From positions 2,022-66,021 of the forward strand of contig JAJYNL010000084.1 of the NCBI GenBank assembly GCA_021786375.1: a stretch of 64,000 nucleotides of DNA. The letters are read 5' to 3'. Positions 35,332-46,041 of the stretch are shown piece after piece. The stretch's first letter is position 1; each line of letters starts with the position of its first letter. The position numbers and the translations under genes are program-made. The notes beneath the pieces were generated by a model. The model saw only the letters and a list, made by a program, of their open reading frames with translations. It had not been told where the DNA came from and made no database searches. The DNA comes from Actinomycetes bacterium (lineage in GTDB: Bacteria > Actinomycetota > Acidimicrobiia > Acidimicrobiales > Acidimicrobiaceae).

Positions 35332-37704
35332 ATGACAAACCCAATTAAGGTCGAGGCGGCCATTTCCGGCACCGACAAGACTATCTCCTTCGAGACCGGC
35401 AAGCTCGCCCCGCTGGCAGGCGGCGCCGTGGTCGGCCGGCTTGGAGACACCATGCTTCTCGCCACCGCAGTAGCCGCCAAGGGGGTGCGCGAAGGCATCG
35501 ACTTCTTCCCCCTCACCGTGGATATAGAAGAGCGGATGTACGCCGCAGGGAAGATTCCTGGCTCCTTCTTCCGCCGCGAAGGTCGGGCTACGGACTTCGC
35601 GGTCCTCGCCGCCCGGCTCATCGACCGGCCGCTCCGCCCCTGCTTCCCGTCGGACTTCCGTCATGAGGTGCACGTGGTCGGAACCATTCTCGGTGCGGAC
35701 CAGGAGAACCCCTACGACGTGCTGGCGATCAATGCTGCTTCGGCCGCGCTGATGATCTCGGGCATCCCCTTCCAGGGTCCGGTCGGCGCGGTGCGCATCG
35801 CTTATAGCGCTGAGGGCCAGTGGACCCCGCATCCCACTTACCAGGAGGGTGATTCGTCCTCCTTCGAATTGGTGGTGGCGGGACGTGAGGTTACCGAAGG
35901 CCCTAATAGCGGTGACATCGGAATCATCATGGTCGAGGCGGGTGGAACCGAGTCGACCTGGGAGAACTATCAGGAAGGCGCCCCCAAGGTGACCGAGGAG
36001 GTCATCGCAGAGGGTCTGGAGCTGGCCAAGAACTGGATTCGCGAGTCGATCGCCCTGCAGCATGAGCTGGTTGCCTTGGTTGGCGCAATCGAGCCGATGC
36101 AATACACCTCGGTGACCGATTACACCCCCGAGCTGGCCGCCCGTGTCGAGGAGCTGGCCTTGGAGGAGCTGCGCTCCGCGAACGCCATCTCGAGCAAGAA
36201 CGAGCGGCACGCCGCGAACGATGCTGTTGCCGCCAAGGTGCAGGCGGCCCTGGCCGAGGAGTTCCCGAATTCCGGGCAGCAGATCAGCCATGTGCTGCGC
36301 AAGCTGACCAAGCGGGTCATCCGCGAACGCATCGTCAACGAAGGCATCCGCATCGATGGCCGTGACCTGACCACCATACGCCCGCTCTCGGCCGAGGTGG
36401 ACCTGATCCCCACCGTTCACGGTTCGGGGCTCTTCCAACGCGGCGAGACGCAGGTGCTGAACATCTGCACCCTGGGTATGCCCAAGATGAACCAGATGCT
36501 CGACAACCTGGGCGTTGATGAGTTCAAGCGCTACATGCACCACTACAATTTCCCACCGTTCTCCACCGGCGAACCCGGCTTTATGCGCGGGCCGAAGCGG
36601 CGCGAGATCGGCCACGGCCTGCTCGCCGAGAGGGCGCTCTTGCCTGTCATCCCCAAGCATGAGGAGTTCCCGTACACCCTGCGCCTGGTTTCAGAGGTAC
36701 TCGCCTCCAACGGCTCGAGTTCGATGGCTTCGGTCTGCGGCTCGACGCTCTCGCTGATGGATGCCGGCGTTCCGATCAAGGCACCGGTGGGCGGTATCGC
36801 CATGGGCCTCGTCTATCACGGCGGCGTCTATCGCACCCTTACCGACATCCTTGGCGATGAGGATTTCTTTGGCGACATGGACTTCAAGGTGGCGGGCACC
36901 GCTGACTTCGTCACCGCGCTCCAGCTGGACACAAAGATCGACGGGATCCCGGCCAGCGTGCTGGCCCAGGCGCTCTCCCAGGCCAAGACAGCCCGGCTCG
37001 TGGTGTTGGACGTCCTGCACAGCGCGATCCCCGCTCCGCGTCCCGAGCTGAGCCGCAATGCCCCCAAGATCGTCACCTTCGAGATCCCGCTGGACAAGAT
37101 GGGCGAGGTGATCGGTCCCAAGGGCAAGGTTATCAATGCCATCCAACAGGAGACCGGGACCGATATCAGCCTCGACGAGGCCGAGGGTATTGCCACCGTC
37201 ACCATCGGTGGCAAGGAGACCGAGGCGGTCGAGGCGGCACGCCAGCGCATCGAGCTCATCCTCAACCCGCCGAGTGCCGAGTTGGGCGCGATCTACACCG
37301 GTAAAGTGGTTGGAATCGCCAAGTTCGGCGCTTTCGTGAATATCCTTCCTGGCCGCGACGGCTTGCTCCACATCTCCAAGATCGGTGGCGGAAAGCGAAT
37401 CGACAGGGTCGAGGACGTGCTCATGCTGGGCCAAGAGCTCACAGTCGTGGTCGATGACATCGACCCGGCCGGCAAGCTCTCCCTCTCGCTGGTCACCGAG
37501 GCAACCGGTGCCACCGGGGACGAGAATGAGGATGGCGACGAGGTGGCCGTGCGTGGCGATGACGTCCTCTCCTTCGAGGATGCCTTCGAGAACGAGCTGA
37601 TTCAGGAGTACGGTGATCTCGGCCCGGGAACCGAGGGCGGCCGTGGCGAGGGGCACTCTGCGCGTCCACGCCGCAATCGGCCCCGGCGTGAGGGACGGCG
37701 CTAG
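35332..37704 (+). CDS. pnp: polyribonucleotide nucleotidyltransferase (PNPase)
   Basis: Two RNase PH domains, KH (GPKGKVINAIQQETG) and S1 (IYTGKVVGIAKFGAFVNILPGRDGLLHISK) are present. A ~65-aa acidic-then-Arg-rich C-terminal tail follows. A GAGGAA SD is present. Confidence 0.97.
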   Translation: MTNPIKVEAAISGTDKTISFETGKLAPLAGGAVVGRLGDTMLLATAVAAKGVREGIDFFPLTVDIEERMYAAGKIPGSFFRREGRATDFAVLAARLIDRPLRPCFPSDFRHEVHVVGTILGADQENPYDVLAINAASAALMISGIPFQGPVGAVRIAYSAEGQWTPHPTYQEGDSSSFELVVAGREVTEGPNSGDIGIIMVEAGGTESTWENYQEGAPKVTEEVIAEGLELAKNWIRESIALQHELVALVGAIEPMQYTSVTDYTPELAARVEELALEELRSANAISSKNERHAANDAVAAKVQAALAEEFPNSGQQISHVLRKLTKRVIRERIVNEGIRIDGRDLTTIRPLSAEVDLIPTVHGSGLFQRGETQVLNICTLGMPKMNQMLDNLGVDEFKRYMHHYNFPPFSTGEPGFMRGPKRREIGHGLLAERALLPVIPKHEEFPYTLRLVSEVLASNGSSSMASVCGSTLSLMDAGVPIKAPVGGIAMGLVYHGGVYRTLTDILGDEDFFGDMDFKVAGTADFVTALQLDTKIDGIPASVLAQALSQAKTARLVVLDVLHSAIPAPRPELSRNAPKIVTFEIPLDKMGEVIGPKGKVINAIQQETGTDISLDEAEGIATVTIGGKETEAVEAARQRIELILNPPSAELGAIYTGKVVGIAKFGAFVNILPGRDGLLHISKIGGGKRIDRVEDVLMLGQELTVVVDDIDPAGKLSLSLVTEATGATGDENEDGDEVAVRGDDVLSFEDAFENELIQEYGDLGPGTEGGRGEGHSARPRRNRPRREGRR

Positions 37705-37759
37705 CCGTCCTAGCCCCCTTACGGGGCATTCATTGGTACGAGGCGTACGGGGGCGCGAG

Positions 37760-38575
37760 ATGGCTGAGACGAAGGTAGCGGTCTTCGGAGCGGGCGGCAA
37801 GATGGGCAGGACCGTCTGTCGAGCTGTCATGGACGATCCGGAGCTGGTTCTCTCGGCTGCGCTCGACCCCCGCCTCGTGGGAATCGACCTGGCACAGGCC
37901 ACAGGCATCAACGGCACGGGCATGCAGATCATTTCCTCCCCGGAGAGCCTGGCCCCGGGAAGCGTGGACGTCGCGGTCGACTTCACGCGTGCTGAGGCTG
38001 CGGTGGCCAACGCCATTTTCTGCGCCGGCGCCGGGATCCACGCAGTCATCGGCACCACGGGGATAAGCGAGCATGAGATGGCCAGGATAGAGGAGGCCTT
38101 CGCCCGCTCTTCAGCCAACTGCATAGTCGCTGCGAACTTTGCGATCGGTGCGGTGCTGATGATGAAGTTCGCAGAGATGGCGGCCCCATTCTTCGAGAGC
38201 ATCGAAGTGGTGGAGCTCCATCACGAAAACAAGGTGGACGCTCCAAGCGGAACAGCGCTGACCACGGCCAAGCGTATGGTCGAGGCGCGTAGGGGAGAGC
38301 CATTGCTGGCCGACCCCACCACATCTTCGCTGGACGGCGCGCGCGGTTACGAGCTGCCGGGGGGAGTGCGCCTTCATTCGCTGAGGATCAAGGGCATGAT
38401 GGCCCACCAGGAGGTGCTGCTCGGTACGACGGGACAGACACTTACCATTCGCCACGACTCCTACGACCGCAGCTCCTTCATGCCTGGAGTTCTCATGGCA
38501 GTCAAGGCGATAGCTGACTTTCCTGGCGTGACGATAGGGCTCGACCCTATCGTGGATGCCAGGCTACGCTTCTGA
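37760..38575 (+). CDS. dapB: 4-hydroxy-tetrahydrodipicolinate reductase
   Basis: KVAVFGAGGKMGR and VELHHENKVDAPSGTA are present. Confidence 0.95.
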   Translation: MAETKVAVFGAGGKMGRTVCRAVMDDPELVLSAALDPRLVGIDLAQATGINGTGMQIISSPESLAPGSVDVAVDFTRAEAAVANAIFCAGAGIHAVIGTTGISEHEMARIEEAFARSSANCIVAANFAIGAVLMMKFAEMAAPFFESIEVVELHHENKVDAPSGTALTTAKRMVEARRGEPLLADPTTSSLDGARGYELPGGVRLHSLRIKGMMAHQEVLLGTTGQTLTIRHDSYDRSSFMPGVLMAVKAIADFPGVTIGLDPIVDARLRF

Positions 38576-38608
38576 ACTCCGTTCAACGGAAAGATCCTGG
38601 AGGGCACC

Positions 38609-39535
38609 ATGGGAACTGCCGCCGACCTGTTCGGCCCGGTCGTCACTGCAATGGTGACGGCATTTGACGGCGAGGGCGGCCTCGATATCGACAAGACGGT
38701 GAGCATCGCCCGCTTCCTCCAGTCGCAGGGCAACACCGCGCTCGTCCTGACCGGAACTACCGGCGAGGCGTCGACCCTCACCGATGAGGAGAAGATCGCC
38801 ATTTGGGAGGCCGTGGCATCGGCCGTCACTATCCCGGTTATCGCAGGGTCCGGTTCCAACGACACAGCCCACTCCGTGCACATGACGGCCTCGGCCGAGC
38901 GCGTGGGTGTGGCGGGGATCCTGGCCGTTGCACCTTATTACAACCGTCCGGCTCAGTCCGGAATCGCCGGGCACTTCCGGGCCGTGGCAGGCGCCACCAA
39001 ACTTCCGGTGGTTCTCTACGACATCCCGGTGCGGACCGGTCGGAAGGTGGCGGCTGACACGATCATCGGGCTCGCCGATGAACTCGACAACCTGGTCGCC
39101 CTCAAGGACGCGGCCGGGAGCCCGGCTGCGACGGCGGAGCTTCTGGGGCGGGCCAAGGCAGGGTTCGACGTCTACTCTGGCGACGACTCGCTAACGCTGC
39201 CGTTGCTATCCGTCGGCGCGGTGGGCGTGATCGGCGTGGCGACCCACTGGGCGACGCCCTTTTTCGCGGCCATGCTGGAGACCTTCTTTGCGGGCAACGT
39301 GGCCAGGGCGGCTGAGATCAACCGAGCCCTCGTCCCTTCATACATTTTCGAGACCTCGGAGGCGGCGCCCAACCCGGTGCCCACCAAGGCCATGATGGAA
39401 CAGCTGGGCTACGCAGCCGGGGATTGCCGGCTGCCGCTGGGCAAGGGGCCTGATTGGCTGGCCGACAAAGCCGGCGTGGTCCTGTCCGGCCTGGCCGATG
39501 CGGCTTCCGAGCTGAACATAAAGGCGGTTTCTTGA
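38609..39535 (+). CDS. dapA: 4-hydroxy-tetrahydrodipicolinate synthase
   Basis: LTGTTGEASTLTDEEK, YYNRP, and ALKDA with the catalytic Lys region are present. Confidence 0.95.
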   Translation: MGTAADLFGPVVTAMVTAFDGEGGLDIDKTVSIARFLQSQGNTALVLTGTTGEASTLTDEEKIAIWEAVASAVTIPVIAGSGSNDTAHSVHMTASAERVGVAGILAVAPYYNRPAQSGIAGHFRAVAGATKLPVVLYDIPVRTGRKVAADTIIGLADELDNLVALKDAAGSPAATAELLGRAKAGFDVYSGDDSLTLPLLSVGAVGVIGVATHWATPFFAAMLETFFAGNVARAAEINRALVPSYIFETSEAAPNPVPTKAMMEQLGYAAGDCRLPLGKGPDWLADKAGVVLSGLADAASELNIKAVS

Positions 39536-41232
39536 GTCCAGACAACAAGACATCATCCAGTGACACTCTTAAGGTCGTCTTTCTGGGCGGCCTGGGCGAG
39601 ATCGGAAGGAACTGTGCCGCCATCGAGTTGGACGGCGAAATACTGATCATCGACTGCGGTCTGATGTTCCCCACCTTGGAGACCCCTGGGATCGATCTGA
39701 TCCTGCCGGACTTCGAATACCTGCAGGAGAACGCCGACAAGGTGCTGGGGGTGGCGGTGACCCACGGCCACGAGGACCATATTGGCGCTCTGCCGTACCT
39801 GCTGAGGGAGATGCCTCTCAAGATCTGGGGTTCACAGCTTGCCCTTTCGTTGGCGCGATCGAGAATAGAGGAGGCCGGCCTGCTGGGTCGCGCCGAGATG
39901 ATCCCGGTCGAGGACGGTGACGTCGTGCAGGTGAGTGGATTCAGCGTCGAGTTCATTCCGGTCACCCACTCGGTGCCCGACGCGCACGCTCTGGCGATCC
40001 GTACCCGTTTTGGCACGATCGTTCATACCGGGGACTTCAAGTTCGATCTGAGCCCGGTCGACGGCCGCCTTCCTGACATTGGCAGGATGGCCCAAATTGC
40101 CAAGACCGAGGGCATCCGGCTCCTTCTCGGCGACTCCACCAACGCCGAAGAGGAGGGTCATTCCCAGTCCGAGTCGAGCGTGGGCGAGGTCCTGGACCAG
40201 ATAATGCCGCGTTACAGGGGCAAGAGAGTGGTGGTCACCTGCTTCGCCTCCCACATACATCGGATCCAGCAGATCGCCGATGCCGCCATCGATTCCGGGC
40301 GGATGGTCTTCCCTCTCGGTCGCTCCATGGGGCGCAACATCGCTCTCGCGCGTAGCCTGGGCCTGCTGGAAATACCTGAGCGCCACCTGGCCGAGATCGA
40401 GAAGGTGTCCCAGTTTCCGGACGACAAGGTCTGCGTGATTTCCACCGGCAGCCAGGGGGAGCCCCTGTCCGCGCTGAGCCTGATGGCGGCAAACGAGAAC
40501 CGCTTCCTCAAACTTTCCAATCGCGACGTGGTCATCATCTCCGCCGATATCATTCCCGGCAACGAGTCCGCGGTGGGCAAGGTGATCAATGGTCTCCACC
40601 GGCGTGGTGCCGAGGTGATACATGCCGGTATCGCCAGGGTGCATACTTCGGGGCATGCGAAGCGGGACGAGCTTCGCCTGTTGCATTCGGTCTGCCAGCC
40701 GGAGTCGTTCATCCCGGTGCACGGCGAGTTCCGACACCTCTCGAGCCACGCGGCGCTTGCCGTTGAAATGGGCCTGGATCAGGATCAGGTGATCGTCGCC
40801 ATGGACGGTGACGTGGTCGAGGTCGGGGAGGGAACTTTCGCCAAGCGTGGCAGGGTGAGTGCCAATTACCTCTACGTGGATGGAGCTGTGGGTGGGATCT
40901 CCAAGGGAGTTCTGCGCGACCGCAGGACCCTGGCCTCCGATGGCGTGGTCATAGTGGTGGTGGCGATGGAGGCCGGCAGCGGGGTCGTGATCACGGGTCC
41001 GGAGATAATCACCCGTGGCTGGGCCCACCATGCCGACGACGAGCATGAGATCGTGGAGCGATTGCTGGGCGACCTGGGCGATGCTGTCCGGCGTGCCATC
41101 GACTCCGCGGTCTCCGAGGGTGCTCCGGACTCCGAAACCGTGGCCCGCCACATACGCAAGGCGGTGGCAAAGCTGATCGAGAAGCGCACCAACATGCGGC
41201 CGATGGTTATACCGGTGGTTACCGAGATCTGA
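39532..41232 (+). CDS. rnj: ribonuclease J
   Basis: LKVVFLGGLGEIGRNC and the metallo-beta-lactamase motif THGHEDHIGALPYLL are present, with beta-CASP and C-terminal domains. The TTG start overlaps the dapA TGA (TTGA). Confidence 0.92.
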   Translation: MSPDNKTSSSDTLKVVFLGGLGEIGRNCAAIELDGEILIIDCGLMFPTLETPGIDLILPDFEYLQENADKVLGVAVTHGHEDHIGALPYLLREMPLKIWGSQLALSLARSRIEEAGLLGRAEMIPVEDGDVVQVSGFSVEFIPVTHSVPDAHALAIRTRFGTIVHTGDFKFDLSPVDGRLPDIGRMAQIAKTEGIRLLLGDSTNAEEEGHSQSESSVGEVLDQIMPRYRGKRVVVTCFASHIHRIQQIADAAIDSGRMVFPLGRSMGRNIALARSLGLLEIPERHLAEIEKVSQFPDDKVCVISTGSQGEPLSALSLMAANENRFLKLSNRDVVIISADIIPGNESAVGKVINGLHRRGAEVIHAGIARVHTSGHAKRDELRLLHSVCQPESFIPVHGEFRHLSSHAALAVEMGLDQDQVIVAMDGDVVEVGEGTFAKRGRVSANYLYVDGAVGGISKGVLRDRRTLASDGVVIVVVAMEAGSGVVITGPEIITRGWAHHADDEHEIVERLLGDLGDAVRRAIDSAVSEGAPDSETVARHIRKAVAKLIEKRTNMRPMVIPVVTEI

Positions 41233-41322
41233 CCATGGGCAGCCCGGCAGCAAGCGCCGGCGGGGTAGCGTTGGTGACAAGGATGTAATTCCGCCTCTTG
41301 CCTGAGGCGCGGAACTGGTACC

Positions 41323-43695
41323 GTGGGAGGTGTGACGCTGGCCAGCAGGGGCACATCCAAGCGCAGTACGCCGCGCAGCTCCGGGAAGGGCCGCTCAAAG
41401 CCCACACCGGGAGCTTCGTCGCGGCGCCGGAGCCAGGCGGCGACGGCTGCCAAGCCGGTCGCCCGCGACCGTCAGGCTGATCTCGCAGGCCTGTTTCTGC
41501 TTGCCGTGGCGGCCATCTTCGCCCTCTCTTTCCTTGATGTGCTCGGGGCAGTGGGAGAGGCGCTCGACGGCGCCATGGCCTACCTGTTCGGGCCACTTCG
41601 CGTGGCCGGATACCTCCTTCTGGCTACCGTCAGCATTTTCATGCTGCTCGATCAGCGCGCGCGCTTGCCCCGGCGTTTCCGCCTCTCGGCTGTGCTCGGC
41701 CTCTGGGCGCTGGCCTCCGAGGTAGCCGGCTGGACCGGCGCCGGGAGGGATGCAACGTTGGCGGCTCGCGGCGGAGCGCTGGGACACTACACCTATGTCG
41801 GGTTGGCCTCCGCTCTATCCTCCGGAGGTGCGAAGCTGGTCCTTGGGCTGGCAGCGCTGGCGTTCTTCGCCGATGCCCTCGGCCACTCGCCGATCCGCCT
41901 GGTGCGCAGAGTCAGGGGTCCGCTCCTGGAGTCGCTTGCCGGCCCGAATGATAAGCGCGCCGGCGCTCGACGTATGCGCGTAGCCGAGGAAGACCCCGGA
42001 GAAGTTGCGCCGAGCTTTCTCGAACGTCTCTCCGAACCTGCCTACCAGGCGCAGACCTCGAGCCCGGAGGCGGATGGGCCGGCCGAGGAGATCGTCGGTG
42101 CGGAGCAATTCGTCGCCGAGGCACCAATCGCCGAGGAGCCGGTGGTCGCCGAGGGCGCGCCCGCGGCTCCGGAGGGCGGCAAGGTCATCTGGAAGCTTCC
42201 CGCTCCCACCCTGCTCAAGCGTTCGGTCAGCCGCTCCCTGGACAAGGACGAGTTATGGCGGCGAGGCAAGGTGCTTTCCGAGGCACTTGCCACCCACAAG
42301 GTGGAAACTTCCCTGGTGGGAATGACAGTCGGTCCGACCGTAACCCGCTATGAGCTCGAACTCGGATCGGGCGTGAAGGTCGCGCGCGTCACTTCGCTGC
42401 ACAAGGATATCGCCTATGCCATGGCCGCCGCCGACGTGCGCATCCTGGCGCCTATCCCGGGGCGCAGCGCCATCGGCGTCGAGGTTCCGAATCACAAGCG
42501 GGTGGTTGTCGCCTTGGCGGATGTTCTACTGTCGCCCGAGGCCGATGCCAACCAGCACCCGCTTGCGGTTGCGGCCGGCCGCGACATTTCCGGCAAGCCG
42601 GTTCTTATCAACCTGTCGGAGATGCCCCACATCCTCATCGCGGGTGCAACCGGGTCCGGCAAGTCATCCTGCCTGAACTCCATCCTCACCTCCATACTCA
42701 TGCGCTCCACTCCGGAGCAGGTGAGGCTGATACTCGTCGATCCCAAGCGGGTGGAGCTGGGTCAGTACAACGGAGTGCCACACCTCCTGACCCCGGTTGT
42801 CACCAATCCCAAGAAGGCGGCCAACGCTCTGGCCTGGGCGGTCAAGGAGATGGAGCGCCGCTACGACATGCTCTCCGAGCTGGGAGCGCGTGACATTTAC
42901 GGCTACAACCAGATCATCGAGAACATGGGCGCGGTCGACCTTCCTGCGGAGCTGGCAGGTGAGGTGGAGGTGGAGTCGGGTCCTGCGCCGCTCTTCGACG
43001 AGACTCCTGAGCTGCGCTACTCGCGCCTGCCCTTCATCCTGGTGGTGGTGGACGAGCTGAACGATCTTATGATGGTCGCGGCCCGCGACGTCGAGGAGTC
43101 GATCTGCCGCATCGCCCAAATGGCCAGGGCGGTCGGTATTCACCTGGTGATTGCCACGCAGCGCCCCAGCGTGGACGTGATAACCGGTTTGATCAAGGCC
43201 AACATTCCCTCGAGAATGGCCTTTTCGGTCTCCTCGTTGGCCGACTCGCGAGTGATCCTTGACCAGCCCGGTGCCGAGCGCCTGGTGGGCAAGGGGGACA
43301 TGCTCTTCCTTGGCGCCTCGTCTTCCCACCCCCAGCGCATTCAGGCCCCCTGGGTCTCCGAAGAGGAGGTGCGCAAGGTGGTGGGCTCCTGGGTGCGCCA
43401 GGGAAAGGCGAGCTATCTCGGAGAGTTCAACAGCAGCGAGACACCGGCGGAGGTCGAGACGCAGCCTGAGGAGGAGGACGAGCTCTTTCAGGCGGCGATG
43501 GAGTTGGTGGTCAACTCCCAGCTGGGGTCGACTTCCATGCTGCAGCGCAAGCTGAAGGTGGGCTTTTCCCGCGCTGGACGGCTTATGGATCTCCTCGAGC
43601 GCCACGGCGTTGTCGGTCCGCTCGAAGGCTCTAAGCCGAGAGTCGTGCTGATGAGCAAGGAGGAGCTCGAGAACTACCTCGAGGCTCATGGCTGA
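41323..43695 (+). CDS. ftsK: DNA translocase FtsK/SpoIIIE
   Basis: N-terminal TM helices are present. Walker A is GATGSGKS and Walker B is VVVDELNDLM. The C-terminal gamma winged-helix contains MLQRKLKVGFSRAGRLMDLLE. Confidence 0.95.
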   Translation: MGGVTLASRGTSKRSTPRSSGKGRSKPTPGASSRRRSQAATAAKPVARDRQADLAGLFLLAVAAIFALSFLDVLGAVGEALDGAMAYLFGPLRVAGYLLLATVSIFMLLDQRARLPRRFRLSAVLGLWALASEVAGWTGAGRDATLAARGGALGHYTYVGLASALSSGGAKLVLGLAALAFFADALGHSPIRLVRRVRGPLLESLAGPNDKRAGARRMRVAEEDPGEVAPSFLERLSEPAYQAQTSSPEADGPAEEIVGAEQFVAEAPIAEEPVVAEGAPAAPEGGKVIWKLPAPTLLKRSVSRSLDKDELWRRGKVLSEALATHKVETSLVGMTVGPTVTRYELELGSGVKVARVTSLHKDIAYAMAAADVRILAPIPGRSAIGVEVPNHKRVVVALADVLLSPEADANQHPLAVAAGRDISGKPVLINLSEMPHILIAGATGSGKSSCLNSILTSILMRSTPEQVRLILVDPKRVELGQYNGVPHLLTPVVTNPKKAANALAWAVKEMERRYDMLSELGARDIYGYNQIIENMGAVDLPAELAGEVEVESGPAPLFDETPELRYSRLPFILVVVDELNDLMMVAARDVEESICRIAQMARAVGIHLVIATQRPSVDVITGLIKANIPSRMAFSVSSLADSRVILDQPGAERLVGKGDMLFLGASSSHPQRIQAPWVSEEEVRKVVGSWVRQGKASYLGEFNSSETPAEVETQPEEEDELFQAAMELVVNSQLGSTSMLQRKLKVGFSRAGRLMDLLERHGVVGPLEGSKPRVVLMSKEELENYLEAHG

Positions 43696-43841
43696 AGCGT
43701 AGACGCAGGCCGGGGCACGCCTCGAACCGGTGACAGCGCGACCCATTAGCCTGTACCTGTCCCGCCGGCGCCCGGAGTCATTCGGTTCGCGGTGAAGGCA
43801 TCCCGTATCGCGCTGGAAAACGAGCAAAAGGAAGACTGTCC

Positions 43842-45146
43842 ATGCCACGCAACGACTCATGGCTGCCGCGCGAGCGTATGAGCGGGCGGGGCGGCTACCA
43901 CCGTCGCGACCGCTCCAGCGGTTTGCGCAGAGCTGCGACCGTGCTGCTGGCAATAGTGATCGTTGCCCTGATCGGCTCGGCGGTCCAGCTGCTACGCAAG
44001 CCCCCTTTGCCGACCGCCAGAATCTCCATGCCGACCTCATCAGTCATACCGGGGCCTCTACCCGCGCTTCCCTGGCCGAGTCAGGGTTCGGCCGATGTCG
44101 GCGTGCTCGGCATCGGCTCGACCGGCAACCACGGCCAGGCAACTCCGATCGGCCTGGCTTCAGTGGCCAAAATGGTCTCGGCGCTGGTGATCGTTCACGA
44201 CCACCCGCTGGCTCCGGGCAAGAGCGGCCCGATTATCACCGTCACGGCTGCTGACGCTGCCAACTACCAGTCGATGCTGGCGGCTCAGGACTCCGTGATG
44301 GTCGTGGCCCAGGGCGAGCAGTTGAGCGAGTACCAGGCCTTGGAGGCGATGCTGATCCCGTCGGCCGACAACGTGGCCACTTTGATGGCCCAGTGGGACG
44401 CCGGCTCGGTGAGCGCCTTCGTGGCAAAGATGAATGCCATGGCCAAGTCGCTGGGCATGACCCACACGATCTACAAGGATCCATCCGGGCTTGACTCCGG
44501 CACTGCGGGAACCGCTCCGGACCAGCTCAAGGCGGAGGCAGCCGTACTTGCGAACCCGGTTTTGGCCCAGATCGTGGCCATGCCCCAGGCTACGCTTCCC
44601 ATCGCCGGGGTGGTTTACAACGTCAATGGACTTGTCGGCCATGACGGCATCACCGGAGTCAAGACAGGCTCCACGCCTGCAGGGGGCAACTTCGCGTTCT
44701 CGGGCACGGTGTCGCTTCCATCCTCGAGCGCTCTGCCCTCGTCGATCACCTCCAACCCCAGCGTGATCGGTGTGATCCTCGGCCAGCAGGGCTATACGCC
44801 GCTGCCAACCGCCCTCGCCGCCGGGAAGACCCTCCTTAACGCGTTCCGCTCGGTTCCCAAGCTCTATCCGGTGTTGAAGGCCGGCCAGACGGTCGCAGTG
44901 GTGAGCGCACCCGGCCAGGCGCCGGTGGACGCGGTAACAGCCAGCGGTGCGGAGATGGTGGCTTGGCCCGGACTCAAGGTCAGCTACAGGCTCGAGCTAG
45001 CGCCCAAGCTGCCGGCCTCGTTCCCCGCGGGATATCGGATCGGATCACTGGTGGTTACGCTGGGTCAGGAGCGTGCGGTCGTTCCAGTCACGGCATCGTC
45101 CGCAGTGACCGCGCCGGGACTGGGCTGGAAACTCAGGAGGCTTTGA
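43842..45146 (+). CDS. D-alanyl-D-alanine carboxypeptidase (S11 peptidase, low-MW PBP)
   Basis: The SxxK (ASVAK), SxN (SADN) and KTG (KTGST) motifs occur in the correct order after an N-terminal TM anchor. Confidence 0.85.
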   Translation: MPRNDSWLPRERMSGRGGYHRRDRSSGLRRAATVLLAIVIVALIGSAVQLLRKPPLPTARISMPTSSVIPGPLPALPWPSQGSADVGVLGIGSTGNHGQATPIGLASVAKMVSALVIVHDHPLAPGKSGPIITVTAADAANYQSMLAAQDSVMVVAQGEQLSEYQALEAMLIPSADNVATLMAQWDAGSVSAFVAKMNAMAKSLGMTHTIYKDPSGLDSGTAGTAPDQLKAEAAVLANPVLAQIVAMPQATLPIAGVVYNVNGLVGHDGITGVKTGSTPAGGNFAFSGTVSLPSSSALPSSITSNPSVIGVILGQQGYTPLPTALAAGKTLLNAFRSVPKLYPVLKAGQTVAVVSAPGQAPVDAVTASGAEMVAWPGLKVSYRLELAPKLPASFPAGYRIGSLVVTLGQERAVVPVTASSAVTAPGLGWKLRRL

Positions 45147-45183
45147 TGGCCTTCGGCCGGCGCGTGCTCGGGAGGGCGCATCG

Positions 45184-46041
45184 GTGAAGGTTCGGGTTCC
45201 GGCATCCAGCGCGAATCTCGGCCCAGGGTACGACACCCTGGGCCTGGCGCTGTCTTTGTATATGACGGTGGAGATCCGGGAGGCCGAAGCCCTAACCATT
45301 GTCGCCAGAGGAGAAGGCTCGGGCCTGCCAATCGACGAGAATCACCTTGCGGTCTCCGTGGCCAGGAGCGTGGTCGGGAACACCAACCTTGCCATCACCA
45401 TCGACTCCGAGATCCCTTTGGCGCGAGGGCTGGGTTCCTCAGCCGCGCTGGCGGTCGCGGTTGCGGCCGCAGCCGGCGCATACGACGCCTTCGTCGTTGC
45501 CAGCGACGTGGACGGGCACTGCGAGAACGCCGGGGCAAGCTATCTGGGTGGCCTGGTGGCGGGCGCGCGCGTGGAGGATGGATGGGAGGTGGTCTCGCTG
45601 CCGCTTGACCCCCGGCTCTCGGCGGTGGTTATCGTCCCCGAGACCGAGCTCTCCACCAAGGATGCGCGTGCAGCCGTTCCCAGGGCGATTCCCACCGAGG
45701 ACGCCGTCTTCAACCTGCAGCGCATGGCCATGCTGCTAGCCGGGCTTGCGGACCTGGATCGGCTCATCCCGGAATGGGGCGAGGACCGCATTCACGAGGC
45801 TGCTAGGGAGCAGGTGTTCCCGTTGGCACGGACCTTGAAGGAGCTCATGCTCGAGGCCGGGGCCCGCATCGCCACCTGGTCGGGCGCAGGGAGCAGCGTG
45901 ATCGGAATCTTCGACCGAGACGAGGCAAGCGAACGGGCCGGCGCGATCGGGGGTTTGTTGACCGAGGCCGGTATCGCCGCGCGTCCCCTCCCCTTGGAGG
46001 TGGATCGCGAGGGGCTTGTAGTCATGGACGACGCGCCGTGA
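45184..46041 (+). CDS. thrB: homoserine kinase (GHMP family)
   Basis: VRVPASSANLGPGYDTLGLAL, PLARGLGSSAA and ENAGASYLGG are present. The start is GTG. Confidence 0.82.
   Translation: MKVRVPASSANLGPGYDTLGLALSLYMTVEIREAEALTIVARGEGSGLPIDENHLAVSVARSVVGNTNLAITIDSEIPLARGLGSSAALAVAVAAAAGAYDAFVVASDVDGHCENAGASYLGGLVAGARVEDGWEVVSLPLDPRLSAVVIVPETELSTKDARAAVPRAIPTEDAVFNLQRMAMLLAGLADLDRLIPEWGEDRIHEAAREQVFPLARTLKELMLEAGARIATWSGAGSSVIGIFDRDEASERAGAIGGLLTEAGIAARPLPLEVDREGLVVMDDAP

Noticed and set aside
35317-38202. 447-aa and 503-aa minus-strand ORFs opposite pnp and dapB
   Set aside because: These are shadow ORFs of strongly supported plus-strand genes. One even bridges two unrelated genes.
39832-44040. 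482-aa and 458-aa minus-strand ORFs opposite rnj and ftsK
   Set aside because: Same reasoning: they are antisense to genes with unambiguous catalytic motifs.
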